Positions 9,955 through 19,655 of a stretch of DNA of 64,000 bases are shown here, piece by piece. Below the pieces are notes generated by a model. That model was not told where the DNA came from, ran no database searches, and saw only the letters and a program-made list of their open reading frames with translations. Source of the DNA: a virus. A program made the translations under genes and the position numbers. Position 1 is the first letter of the stretch. Each line of letters opens with the position of its first letter. The stretch is taken from IMG/VR virus record IMGVR_UViG_3300045995_000473. The stretch is one strand, 5' to 3'.

Positions 9955-11486
9955 CAAACGGTATGGTCTGGCGGTGCGGGAGAGGCTGCGACCGCCTTCT
10001 CGTTTGCTAAATCAGATCCGAATATCAGCTTTCTTTCTTTCACATCCTTACGAAATGCAGCGATCTGCTCCAGTACATCGCGCGGATTCGCCCCGCGTTT
10101 TCTCATTACTTCCACCTCGGAAGCAAAGCCGTCTTGCACCAGCTGATGCCAGGCGTTCGCTTCCTTGAGCGGATCGATCCACGGCATCGATTGCGCAACG
10201 AATAACGCATCATCTTCGCTATGCTGTTCAATGTCAGTCGGCATACGTACTACGCCGGACAGGTGCGCGGCCAGCACGAACTGCTGCCAGACTGGCTGCA
10301 CAAACTGGCCGACGAATTCATCGGTCAGTACGGCGTAATGGATCCACTGCTCGACCAGCTCCTGACGCTGCGCGGAATAGGTGCCGTTATAATCGCGTGA
10401 AATGCTGGAGTAGCTGCCGCCCAGCCCAGCAGCGACGGCGCGTAACTGGCCTTGCCGGAAGGTGACGACGTTTGGATTTGGACGGTTTGAGTCGATCAGA
10501 CCAATCTCTTCGCCAATGCCAAGGTTATCGATGATCGTTCCGGGAGACAGTGACAATTCACGCGGTAAGGCATTGCCGCTGGCATCCCGCTCGGTTGAGT
10601 TAGCTGGATCGTATAAATCTGGTGAGCCTTTTTTTACATAAGCCGTCAGTGCGGCGGCGATCTTTGCCGCTATGCGCTCGGATTCTTCGTAGTCCTTGAT
10701 GTCTTCCAGCCGGGTAATCACGCTTGCAAATTCCGACACGCCGCGCATCTGGCCGATGCGGTCTATCGAGGCTAGTTGCAACATGCGCGACGCGTCTATC
10801 AGCTTCAGGTCATTGGTCTGGGTGAGCGATACACGGTCATTTGGGAAAGTCTTCCAGACATAATAGCCGGTCGGTTTTCCCCAGGTATTGCGCTGGATTC
10901 CCTGGCTGATATTTTTCCCCAAGTCGTCATAACCCATAGGGATCATGTCTGCCTCAAACATCTCCAGCGAAAACGGCACGCGTGAACCGTGATCCAAAAA
11001 CTGCACCGGCCCGGTCAGCGACTGGGTAAATACCTCACCGTCACGCAGCCAGCTTTTCGCCATCATGCGCTGAACCTTCGACCAGTGATGACGCTGTGTT
11101 ACTTCTGGGCATAAACACCAATCGCGCCAGGAATCGCGCAGCGCCTTGGCATAGTCGTCGTTGATGCTGCCATCCTTGCGACGCGGTTGCGGCTCGATAC
11201 CGATACCGTTTGGCCCGACAACATTGTTGACCAGCGTGCGCAGTGCGCCACGCGCGATGTCATGATTCTGTTCCAGGTTACGCGCCAGCGTTCGTAGTGC
11301 GACGGCGCCTTGACGGACTTGCAAATCAGGAGAGCGCTGATCTTTGGCAAATTTGCGCAGGCGTGACGGCTGTGCGGCTTCATACTGGTTCAGCACGCGG
11401 CGCGCGCTGATGCGTTTCAGACCGGCGGATGGGTTGAAAAATGAAACGAGTTTATCGAAGGGATTCAGTTTGGCGTGTTGTGGCAT
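9954..11486 (-). CDS. Portal protein, lambda family
   Basis: LARNLEQNHDIARGAL, DGEVF, NYSA-like TYSAQRQELVE, WIDPLKEA; ATG 11486 with TAGGA RBS. Confidence 0.92.
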   Translation of the reverse strand: MPQHAKLNPFDKLVSFFNPSAGLKRISARRVLNQYEAAQPSRLRKFAKDQRSPDLQVRQGAVALRTLARNLEQNHDIARGALRTLVNNVVGPNGIGIEPQPRRKDGSINDDYAKALRDSWRDWCLCPEVTQRHHWSKVQRMMAKSWLRDGEVFTQSLTGPVQFLDHGSRVPFSLEMFEADMIPMGYDDLGKNISQGIQRNTWGKPTGYYVWKTFPNDRVSLTQTNDLKLIDASRMLQLASIDRIGQMRGVSEFASVITRLEDIKDYEESERIAAKIAAALTAYVKKGSPDLYDPANSTERDASGNALPRELSLSPGTIIDNLGIGEEIGLIDSNRPNPNVVTFRQGQLRAVAAGLGGSYSSISRDYNGTYSAQRQELVEQWIHYAVLTDEFVGQFVQPVWQQFVLAAHLSGVVRMPTDIEQHSEDDALFVAQSMPWIDPLKEANAWHQLVQDGFASEVEVMRKRGANPRDVLEQIAAFRKDVKERKLIFGSDLANEKAVAASPAPPDHTV

Positions 11487-11487
11487 A

Positions 11488-11748
11488 TCAGTTCCTACCA
11501 AACGAATCGCGGCGAACTGGTGCGTTGTTGAAACTCGCCACCGATACTGATAGCCCACCGATTCCTGCTGCGCGGTTGAGTTTGGCAACTTCACTGGCGG
11601 CGCGGCGCTCCCACTCCAGACGACCGGAACGAATCGCGCCCAGGTCTTCCATTTTCAGCATACGGTCGCCGAAGCGAACCTCTTTCCCTTCCAGTAGGGC
11701 GGATTCAGCAGTCAGATACTTGGCCAGCATGTCGGTAGCGGTGCTCAT
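11488..11748 (-). CDS. Head completion protein (gpW-like)
   Basis: YLTAESALLEGKEVRFGDRMLKMEDLGAIRSGRLEWE; directly before portal. Confidence 0.65.
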   Translation of the reverse strand: MSTATDMLAKYLTAESALLEGKEVRFGDRMLKMEDLGAIRSGRLEWERRAASEVAKLNRAAGIGGLSVSVASFNNAPVRRDSFGRN

Positions 11749-11793
11749 TCGGGAATCCTGTTGATTACAAGTTCGCCGAATTTAGTCGTGCTG

Positions 11794-11827
11794 GAGTCTC
11801 ATTTACAGGGGAAAATGAGACTATTTT
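11794..11827 (-). promoter_or_regulatory. 34-bp palindromic element upstream of gpW-portal genes
   Basis: Identical to 9921-9954. Confidence 0.65.
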
Positions 11828-12078
11828 TTATGCTGTGTAGTCTTGATTCTAGAAAACTCCACATCAGTTCGGATCACAATCTGATCCCTCGTGATAAATT
11901 TCGTCGGTTCCGGAATTTTTGTCCCCGCTTCGGTATTATTTTCGCAGGCGTAAAAAGTTGGCGAGCCATGCATGCCGTTGCGAATCTATTGAGCCATTAT
12001 TTCAGTACCGAAGGCGGCGCAACATTCATCGATAAAGGCTGCGACGGTAGGCATTAAATCGCGCAGCGGCTTACTCAT
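11821..12078 (-). pseudogene. Paralogue of ORF 15315-15572 interrupted by in-frame TAG
   Basis: MSKPLRDLMPTVAAFIDECCAAFGTEIMAQ*IRNGMHGSPTFYACENNTEAGTKIPEPTKFIT...; same 258-nt length; TAG at 11986-11988. Confidence 0.75.
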
Positions 12079-12347
12079 CAACCACCTTTCAAATAACGAT
12101 AAAACTGCGCCTTGCCAATGCCGTGCTTGCGGCACACCTCTGCCCGGTTGCGCCCGTCAAATTCGCGCAGCACCGATTCGCGCCGGGAGTCCCTGTCTAG
12201 CTTTGCGATATACACGGACTGCCCGCCGAAGTCGCTGCGGATCTGCTTCTCGATCTGTTCGGCGATATTTTCGGTAAACGAGTTTTCTGCCAGCGTATGC
12301 CGTAAAGCTGAAATTATGGTTTTTATCAGGTCGTCGCAGCAGTTCAT
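12078..12347 (-). CDS. Mor/C-family transcription activator-like HTH protein
   Basis: DFGGQSVYIAK...REFDGRNRAEVCRKHGIGKAQFYRYLK. Confidence 0.65.
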   Translation of the reverse strand: MNCCDDLIKTIISALRHTLAENSFTENIAEQIEKQIRSDFGGQSVYIAKLDRDSRRESVLREFDGRNRAEVCRKHGIGKAQFYRYLKGG

Positions 12348-14326
12348 TTAAATCCTCTCCATCCTTCTTTTACGAATTTGCTGCGCGGCACGGCCGGCTT
12401 TGGCGGCGATTTTTCTGAAGGCGTCTGCACTACTGGAATTCCGGACGCGATGATCTGATCCAGCGACGCCTCTACTTTTGCCACTTTGTATTCCCGTTCT
12501 AGCATCGCCGCCAGCCGCGCCCAGTATTTCGGGTCAGGGCGACCGGTGCGGCCACGCCCGAGATTGATGTCGCGATGCTGTCCGATGGCCCAGGCATAAA
12601 CGCAGGTATCGAGCGGCTCATTGCGCTTGTGCTTTTGTCCCAGGCGCGGGATATAGCGTTTCTTGTCCGGGTCGTATACCTCCGAGAGCAGACCGTCGTA
12701 GTATTCCGGCTCCAGCCCCTGCGGAAAGTTAAAGATGCATTCGCTTTGCTGACGCTCGCCGTCCGCGCCTAGGTTGGCGAAGATGAAATCCTTGCAGTGC
12801 TCTGTGCCGACGTTCCACAACATGTAGCCGGACTTGATGACCTTGCCGGTTTTGGTCTTGGTTGGACTGCTCCCGCTGGTGGCAATAGCGCGGCCGATTC
12901 GATTAGTTGCACCCTGAACTGAGTACACGGGGATTTTGTGCGTGCCGCGCATCACAAAATCTTTTACCTGCTCGCTACGGTGGCCACGGCTGTCGATGCC
13001 GGCGGCGCGGATGCGCATCTCGCGCCCATAACTGTTGATGCGCGGCATGTGCAGCCAGGCTTGCAGTTCGTCCCACACCTGCGGGCTGGTGGTATCGCCC
13101 TGTATCTCGATCCAGTCCACGATCCACAGGCGCGGCTGTGCGTCCGGAGTGGCAGGTGCGCCCCAGCCCAACAGTGTGACAGCCAGCCATTTATCCTGTG
13201 TGTCGATGCCGGCGGTAAGCGCGAGGCAGCCGGGCGGAATGACGCCGCGCCCGTGTTCGCCAGCGCGCTTCGACAGCTCATTCGGCTTGAGTTTGTCGGT
13301 CTGGTCTTCCCACGCTTCGCCCAGATTCTGGTTGATGAAGGTCTTTAGTGATTGCGGATCTTTGTGTACACGCTTGAATTGCAGCACCAGATCGAGCCAG
13401 GATGGGCCGAGGCCGATAGGCGCATACAGCGCGCTGATGTGGTAGCTACGCACACGGCGATCCGGATGTTCGGCGATCCAGATACCGCCTTCCAGCATCG
13501 CGGGCTTGTGATGCTCATCAATGATGCAGCCCTGCTCGCAGATGTATTGCGCGGCAGTGAGCGCAGTGTTGCTGCGCACATGTGACCAGCTCAATACCTG
13601 CCGTTCGCCGCAATGCGGGCAATGTATATGGTAGCGGCGCATGTCACCCGTCTCATAGCCGCGCTCGATCAGCGAAGCGCCCTTAATCGTCGGTGTGCTG
13701 GCGAACAGTAGCTTGTGGCGCATGAAAGATTTCACCCGGGAGCGCGCCAACTCTACTGGGTCGCCCTCTTCGCCAATCTGCGCTGGGAATCGGTCAAGAT
13801 CGTCCATCATCAGGTTGCGCACCGACTTTTGCGCGTAGCTATTGGGCGAATTTCCGCCCGCCAGGAACAGGATGCCGCCGGGAAAATCGATCAACTCCTT
13901 GCTGTGCGCCGCATCGCGTGAGCGCAGCCCGCCCAGCAGGTCGCGGATGCAGGCTGTGTCGGTCAGCAGCGGATTGAGCTTCTGCACCTTCCACGTATCG
14001 CGCGCCTCCAGGGTCGGCATCAGTACCATCACCGGTCCGGGCGCGTAATCCATCGTATAGCCCAGCCAGTTGACTGACATTTCAGTGACGCCGACCTGTG
14101 AGCTTTTCATGACCCACACCTCACGAACCGGTGAGTGCAGCGAAAGTGCATCCTGAATCTCGCGCAGCATCGGGTTGCGTGCCGTGCGCCAGCGCCCTAC
14201 TTCGCCGCTGCCTTTGCTGGACAGCATGCGGTGATTGTCCGCCCACTGCGAAACGGTGAGACGGCCGCGCGGGCGCACACCCTTTGCGGCGGCGGCCGAC
14301 ATGATGTGGCGGGCAGATAGGGTCAT
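12344..14326 (-). CDS. Terminase large subunit, lambda GpA family
   Basis: VMKSSQVGVTE, MMDDLDRFP, ASTPTIKG, CPHCG, AGIDTQD, RNEPLDTCVYA. Confidence 0.95.
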   Translation of the reverse strand: MTLSARHIMSAAAAKGVRPRGRLTVSQWADNHRMLSSKGSGEVGRWRTARNPMLREIQDALSLHSPVREVWVMKSSQVGVTEMSVNWLGYTMDYAPGPVMVLMPTLEARDTWKVQKLNPLLTDTACIRDLLGGLRSRDAAHSKELIDFPGGILFLAGGNSPNSYAQKSVRNLMMDDLDRFPAQIGEEGDPVELARSRVKSFMRHKLLFASTPTIKGASLIERGYETGDMRRYHIHCPHCGERQVLSWSHVRSNTALTAAQYICEQGCIIDEHHKPAMLEGGIWIAEHPDRRVRSYHISALYAPIGLGPSWLDLVLQFKRVHKDPQSLKTFINQNLGEAWEDQTDKLKPNELSKRAGEHGRGVIPPGCLALTAGIDTQDKWLAVTLLGWGAPATPDAQPRLWIVDWIEIQGDTTSPQVWDELQAWLHMPRINSYGREMRIRAAGIDSRGHRSEQVKDFVMRGTHKIPVYSVQGATNRIGRAIATSGSSPTKTKTGKVIKSGYMLWNVGTEHCKDFIFANLGADGERQQSECIFNFPQGLEPEYYDGLLSEVYDPDKKRYIPRLGQKHKRNEPLDTCVYAWAIGQHRDINLGRGRTGRPDPKYWARLAAMLEREYKVAKVEASLDQIIASGIPVVQTPSEKSPPKPAVPRSKFVKEGWRGFK

Positions 14327-14445
14327 GGCTATCCTTGCTGGTTGATCATGTTGACAACCTTCCGAATGGAGTGGCGTATAAAGGTGGAAGCCAACCTTGC
14401 TAGAATGGCTGTACCACTACATCCATTTTTCACAAGGCGACTTCC

Positions 14446-14649
14446 ATGAAACAAAATCCACACCCACAACTGATGAGCATGATCAAGGAAAGCGGTGGAC
14501 GGCTGACACTGCCCTACTACACCTTGAAAAATTTTTACTTTAAGAAAGGATGGGATGAGCTGACGGCGTGGGCTGGCGAGCATGGCGTTAAGATCTTTCC
14601 GAATCGCGTTCCACAAAGTCTGGATGACCCCGTTCGTCTTTCATTGTAA
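14446..14649 (+). CDS. Hypothetical protein on opposite strand within terminase operon
   Basis: 67-aa ORF with plausible composition; weak RBS. Confidence 0.4.
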   Translation: MKQNPHPQLMSMIKESGGRLTLPYYTLKNFYFKKGWDELTAWAGEHGVKIFPNRVPQSLDDPVRLSL

Positions 14650-14797
14650 GCCAGCGCAGGCCAAGGCTTTCGATGAACGACCGAACTTCAACTTCGGTTA
14701 CGTCTTCACGATGCAGGCTGCGAAATGTGGTGTATTGCGCGTTGGTCAGAATCACGCCGCGAATCTCGAAACTAGATGGCTGATCGTCGTGCTTCAT
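14588..14797 (-). CDS. Hypothetical protein
   Basis: ATG overlaps terS stop (ATGA). Confidence 0.5.
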   Translation of the reverse strand: MKHDDQPSSFEIRGVILTNAQYTTFRSLHREDVTEVEVRSFIESLGLRWLTMKDERGHPDFVERDSERS

Positions 14798-15318
14798 TCT
14801 GCTTTTCCCCATTTTAAAATCTTGTCCGCCAGATCCGTCAGCACCTGCTCGAACGACTCCACCAGCAGGGCGCGCACCGCTTCGGTATCGCTGAGCGGCA
14901 CCAGCTCAGGCGCGAGACGGTCCGGCAATATCTCCAGTGCAGCGCGAAACGATGCAGCCAGGTCGGCGGCGAACAGCCGCGCTTCTTCGGCATCCACTAG
15001 CTTGTTGATCAGCTTCTCATATTCAGCCTTTGCGGTAAGTGCCTTATATTTTTCATTGACGGCCTTTGAGGTCTGGTAGCTGTCACCGATGTGAGTTTCA
15101 TTATGAGCAGCCGACGCTTGCTGCTGATCGTTTTTAGTCGTCTCTGCTGCGTTGCGACTTGGATCAGATGTTTCCGTAATTAGCGATTTCGATTTTTCAA
15201 CATCAACCGATCCATCTGCCGTCATTACCAGCCGCCCAGCTTGTTTCAGCCGAGTGATGTAACTCTTATCCTTGCCGAGTAGCTTGGCAAATTCGGCCTG
15301 ACTGACAAAATTACTCAT
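14794..15318 (-). CDS. Terminase small subunit
   Basis: N-terminal HTH (SQAEFAKLLGKDKSYITRLKQAG), helical C-terminus; upstream of terL. Confidence 0.8.
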   Translation of the reverse strand: MSNFVSQAEFAKLLGKDKSYITRLKQAGRLVMTADGSVDVEKSKSLITETSDPSRNAAETTKNDQQQASAAHNETHIGDSYQTSKAVNEKYKALTAKAEYEKLINKLVDAEEARLFAADLAASFRAALEILPDRLAPELVPLSDTEAVRALLVESFEQVLTDLADKILKWGKAE

Positions 15319-15572
15319 TTTCGCTCTCTTTTCACTGAATCATTCTTGACTGATGGTCGGATCACCATATCCACACCAGTTATGCACTTAGTTGGCTCGG
15401 GCTCTTTTGTTCCGATCTCAATACCATTTTCACTAGCCCAAAAACTGGGCAAACCATTTACTCCAAGCCGAATCGATTTGTTGATGACATCAATACCAAA
15501 CGCTGCACGACACTCATCAATAAAAGCTGTCGTGGCAGGCATATCAGCGCGGAGATTTAAAGGTTTTGCCAT
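15315..15572 (-). CDS. Hypothetical phage protein
   Basis: 85 aa, coupled to terS; has an interrupted paralogue at 11821-12078. Confidence 0.7.
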   Translation of the reverse strand: MAKPLNLRADMPATTAFIDECRAAFGIDVINKSIRLGVNGLPSFWASENGIEIGTKEPEPTKCITGVDMVIRPSVKNDSVKRERK

Positions 15573-15581
15573 AGTTAAAAT

Positions 15582-15847
15582 CTGTCCTACTTGTCCTATA
15601 TGTCCGCGATCATCAAAAAACGCTGCAAGCCCCGTATTTATTAACTGTCCTACTTGTCCTATATGTCCGCGATAAAATATACGTATGCGCGCGAGATATA
15701 TGTGTGCGGCTATGCTCCAATTTCACATACGCACATACGCACATGCGCGATATATCGCGGACATCGCGAACATCGCGGACAGCCGCTAATTTGTTGGCTT
15801 GCAGGTGTCCGCGATATAGCGGACATATTAGAAATTAACGCGGACAC
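15582..15847. repeat. Iteron-like TGTCC(GCGAT) array, candidate origin or packaging region
   Basis: 29-bp direct repeat at 15582-15610 and 15645-15673; further TGTCCGCGAT/ATCGCGGACA units in both orientations to about 15847. Confidence 0.65.
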
Positions 15848-15849
15848 GC

Positions 15850-18294
15850 TCATAATTCGCACTTTTCAAAGGCTGTTTTAAATGCCTGAACGCTCCTGGT
15901 AAACCAAAGCGTTTCAGTTTCATCCAATTTTTGCGAAAATCCGCTCGCCTGTAACACTTCCGAAGGTGGGATGTATACGGTAACGGGGCGTCTACTCCCG
16001 TTCGGCGATAGAATCTGCACACGTTTTTTATCCCAGCCGGACATATGACAAACGGTTGAGGCAAAGCCCCGCTGATTCCGCTGATTTCGTTCATTGTTAT
16101 CTCGACACCAGCGCATATAGGCAGCAAACAAATCCATGCCATCACTCGGACAAACTGGATAGCCAAGCTCACCATCAAGGTATTGTTTGATAAATGCAAA
16201 CTCGTTAGACACACTGAGATCGATCAACCGTTGCTTTGAATCGGTCATCGGCGGGCGCTTTTTAGGGTGAAAATCACTCAGGTCAATTCCGAGCAGGTAA
16301 TCATAGAAAGCTTGAATACCGCCGTTTTCCATTTCAATAAAAACGTTGTCGTAATATTCTGCTGGTAGCATCGGCGGAGTCCATACCACCAGATGACGGC
16401 GATCATCATTTTCCAGCGGAAGCGGCTGCCCTTCGTTCGATAGATAGACCACATTGATGTGATTACGCTGGCGATAGGCCGCAATATTCTTTGGGTTGAT
16501 CCGGATCCATTCACCGGTAACTAATTCCTTGAGTTCATTCTTGATGTGCCACATCTCAGCACGGGTCACAACTTCCTCAGCAAGAATGAATAGCTTTGAG
16601 TCTGACCAATCGCTGTTGAACTTATCTTCCAGTCCACGCTGGTTAAGCACCGTCGAGTAATCACCATAGATTTTTGACAGCGCCTGGAATACGGTGGATT
16701 TACCCGTCCCTTGTGGCCCGTGCATGATGACCGCAGATGACATCTTTGCCCCGGGGTTTTGTAACGGGTAAGCCATCCAACACAACAGCCACTTATAAAC
16801 ATCATGAGAATTGCTTTCGCCGCTGCATAAATACTCAAGCAACTCCAACAAATAGACACATGAGCCGCGTTTAGGCTGGAGCGGCCATCCATTCCAGGTG
16901 TTCAATTGCACATTCGCATCATTCCCGGACGGGTCAAACCCGACCTGATCCAGAAAATATGCTCCCCGCTCCACCCAATCAGGATCACGCTTGACGTCAT
17001 CCCATCGCACCCCGGCAGGCAATAGCGCCTGCATCTGCTCCTTCATGACAACTTTGTTTGTCCACTTATCGAAAAGATATTTCCCTGTCCCGTCATCCAG
17101 TGGAACGAATCGTTCGATCGCCTCATTGATCGGCATCACGGATAAGGCTTTGCGCCGACCTCCATTTTCCCCGCCCCCCTGTGGTTGAGATCCCGCGCGC
17201 GGGACAGCATCGCGCCACTTCATTTCATCAAGTTTGGCATTGATTTGGTCAGCCAGCGTGAGGGGTAACCCCGTCATCACCAGCAGATCGTTGAAGTCGG
17301 TGAGTTTTTTCCCGCCTCGTTGATCGTTGCCAGCTGCATCTGTCGGAAACGTAGGCTTTACCCAGGCACTGTTTTCGATTGCAGCACAGGAAGCGGCTGC
17401 CGCTGCGCAGCCCGGATTTCCTTCAGTCAGATAGTCGTCATCGGCACAGAACAACAGGCGCAGACGCGGGTAATCTTTGGCAAGTTGCCGCCCAGCCTTG
17501 ATGAGATTATTTGCGCTGAAGGCATAAGCGATACTCTGTCCTGTTGCTTCATGCAGACTAGCCGCTGTGGCATACCCTTCCGCGATCAGCATAATTCCTT
17601 CACGTCGAACCGAACCGATCAGCCCGAACGTGCCGCCCATCGCCATACCAGTTGGCCAGAATTCTTTGTCACGCTCTATTTTGGTCCGGCGCGGATGCCC
17701 CTTCTCGTAGATGAACTGCAACCCCTGAATGACGCCCTTGGCATCATGCATCGGCACGATCAACGCGCCGGCTGCAGCCTTAATGCGGTAGAAATTTGAC
17801 TCATCGATACCTTCCAACGTCATATCGCTGGTATCGTCTGGCAAAATTCGCAGCCCATGCGGCTTGATCTGTTTGATATTCAAGTACTCGTGCGACTCGC
17901 ACGGGGTAGATTTTGCCCATACCGACGCCGCCCACTGGGCAGCACGCTTCACCTCTGACTTGCGAACTGCCTCTAGTTTTTTTTCAGCCTCCTTATGGGC
18001 GGCGCGCATTGCGGCACGATCATCATCGGTCAGCGCATCGTCATCATTTTTGCTGAAAGTGATCTTGCATTTCCCGTCATCGTTCCCGTGCCAGACGCCA
18101 TACACGCCGACGATGTAAGTCTTGCCAGAATTAGATTGCCACTCACGAAGCCGTGTCCAGCCGCGCTTTTCAGTACCTTCATCCTCAACCTTCCAGCGCT
18201 GAATCTTTGCATCAAAATTAAGTGGGGGTACGACAATCAATCCCGCATTGCGCAGCTGCTGAAGCACTTCGTCGTAGTTTGTCCAGGTAGTCAT
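15850..18294 (-). CDS. Primase-helicase (TOPRIM plus SF3-like ATPase)
   Basis: IAEGYATA, CADDD, LTDFNDL (TOPRIM); HGPQGTGKST Walker A; ILAEEV Walker B. Confidence 0.9.
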   Translation of the reverse strand: MTTWTNYDEVLQQLRNAGLIVVPPLNFDAKIQRWKVEDEGTEKRGWTRLREWQSNSGKTYIVGVYGVWHGNDDGKCKITFSKNDDDALTDDDRAAMRAAHKEAEKKLEAVRKSEVKRAAQWAASVWAKSTPCESHEYLNIKQIKPHGLRILPDDTSDMTLEGIDESNFYRIKAAAGALIVPMHDAKGVIQGLQFIYEKGHPRRTKIERDKEFWPTGMAMGGTFGLIGSVRREGIMLIAEGYATAASLHEATGQSIAYAFSANNLIKAGRQLAKDYPRLRLLFCADDDYLTEGNPGCAAAAASCAAIENSAWVKPTFPTDAAGNDQRGGKKLTDFNDLLVMTGLPLTLADQINAKLDEMKWRDAVPRAGSQPQGGGENGGRRKALSVMPINEAIERFVPLDDGTGKYLFDKWTNKVVMKEQMQALLPAGVRWDDVKRDPDWVERGAYFLDQVGFDPSGNDANVQLNTWNGWPLQPKRGSCVYLLELLEYLCSGESNSHDVYKWLLCWMAYPLQNPGAKMSSAVIMHGPQGTGKSTVFQALSKIYGDYSTVLNQRGLEDKFNSDWSDSKLFILAEEVVTRAEMWHIKNELKELVTGEWIRINPKNIAAYRQRNHINVVYLSNEGQPLPLENDDRRHLVVWTPPMLPAEYYDNVFIEMENGGIQAFYDYLLGIDLSDFHPKKRPPMTDSKQRLIDLSVSNEFAFIKQYLDGELGYPVCPSDGMDLFAAYMRWCRDNNERNQRNQRGFASTVCHMSGWDKKRVQILSPNGSRRPVTVYIPPSEVLQASGFSQKLDETETLWFTRSVQAFKTAFEKCEL

Positions 18295-19001
18295 CGTGCG
18301 GTACTCATAGCAGATGAAAATGCTGCATCAAAGTTTGGCTGAAAATCACGTGTAATAACCTCGTTCGCACTTCGCTCGAAGTCGATCACCTTTTTATAGG
18401 CGGCAGACTGAACAAAGATAAACATCGGCTTTATGGCCTGATGTGCAAAACGCTTATAGATACCGGGGTGCAAGTGGGTTGTAGTACCGACATGAACAAT
18501 AAAATATTTAATATGCATTGAGCGTTTTCCGCGCCATATCGTCATCCCATTGTGTAAAAAACCCAGCATCTCGCTGATTTCTTTTCGGCTTGGATTCCCG
18601 TAGGCATCAAGCTTGATTCCAGCACCGGGAATAGCGCGCCAGCCGTGCGGTAATCCACCAATGGTTTCAATCGCCTTTTCAAATGGCTTTCGGCCACGAA
18701 CTCCACCCTTGAAATGTTCTTTCAGCAATAATGACGGCGCGGTCCCACCAGCAGGCTTCATATCCTTTATTCCTACTGTCGCTATCAGGTCGCGTTTGTT
18801 CGCGATCTGGGTAAAAGTTGCACGCTTGACGTACGGGCTTGGTAAACTGAACACGCCAGCCATGTCCGACTGAAGCCGCGCCTCGACTGATTTTGCTGTC
18901 TTGGTGATCGCCAGCGCTGCCGCGAAAGGAAATTGTTCGCGCCCGATATTGCTCAGGCGACTTTTCAACTCTTCCATCCCCTCAATTTTTACCGTGATCA
19001 T
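18291..19001 (-). CDS. Phage protein resembling tail-completion (gpZ-like) proteins
   Basis: MITVKIEGMEELKSRL...PFAAALAITKTAK; basic composition. Confidence 0.45.
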   Translation of the reverse strand: MITVKIEGMEELKSRLSNIGREQFPFAAALAITKTAKSVEARLQSDMAGVFSLPSPYVKRATFTQIANKRDLIATVGIKDMKPAGGTAPSLLLKEHFKGGVRGRKPFEKAIETIGGLPHGWRAIPGAGIKLDAYGNPSRKEISEMLGFLHNGMTIWRGKRSMHIKYFIVHVGTTTHLHPGIYKRFAHQAIKPMFIFVQSAAYKKVIDFERSANEVITRDFQPNFDAAFSSAMSTAR

Positions 19002-19008
19002 GGCGAGC

Positions 19009-19212
19009 TCAATGGGCGATCGAGTTGACTAAGTTTGAAACTCCACACCCTAGCGCAACATCGAGGCTCGGATTACCCGCAGTGGATAAACCCAGGGAGT
19101 ACCTTAAAACCGGACGCTGTTGAGTGTTGCGTTGCAGAGTTGCAAGAGCGCGCAACTGTGACGCAATGCTGCGCTTACCAACCTGACGGGGAGCGGGGTT
19201 ATTGATCCTCAT
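19009..19212 (-). CDS. Hypothetical protein
   Basis: 67 aa, coupled to CII-like gene by ATGA overlap. Confidence 0.35.
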   Translation of the reverse strand: MRINNPAPRQVGKRSIASQLRALATLQRNTQQRPVLRYSLGLSTAGNPSLDVALGCGVSNLVNSIAH

Positions 19213-19655
19213 AGCTGTACTCCTTGCGCTTGCATCGCTGCAAGGATGGCTTCAAGCCTTCCGGACTGAGCGACCATCTCGGCGAGTTCCTTGCGGATGC
19301 TGCGCAGTTCGATGGCGGTTACCCTGCCATCAGCCAGTGAGTTGGTCACGCTCTTCAGGTAGCCTGCGAACTCCTCGCAGGTCTTGACGATCGCAGATGT
19401 GATGTCCTGATCAGCTACCTCAGGCAGTTGCAACGCCATGTGCCCGTTGTCCATACACAGCGTATGCAGTGCACGGTAGTCACCTGTCAGCATCATGATC
19501 TGCTCCATGTCGCGTACTGTGACGTGATTGGTCGCATCGTTTGGGTTTAACTTATGCGACAGAACTGATGGATTAACCTGCATCCGTGCAGCCAGGGCGC
19601 GGATCGCCCCCGGATATTCGTGTGCAGACAAATAGAGTGCATCGAGCATAGACAT
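19209..19655 (-). CDS. Phage regulatory protein, CII/YmfL-like
   Basis: YPGAIRALAARMQVNPSVLSHKLNPN; LADGRVTAIELRSI. Confidence 0.7.
   Translation of the reverse strand: MSMLDALYLSAHEYPGAIRALAARMQVNPSVLSHKLNPNDATNHVTVRDMEQIMMLTGDYRALHTLCMDNGHMALQLPEVADQDITSAIVKTCEEFAGYLKSVTNSLADGRVTAIELRSIRKELAEMVAQSGRLEAILAAMQAQGVQL

Noticed and set aside
11986-11988. Genome-wide TAG recoding (alternative genetic code)
   Set aside because: TAG is used as a normal stop elsewhere (e.g. 5375-5377, 22257-22259) and long genes are not fragmented under code 11.
14351-14406. Sigma70 promoter TTGACA...TATAAA for the 14446 gene
   Set aside because: Spacing is 20 nt, outside the usual 16-18; no confident promoter call.
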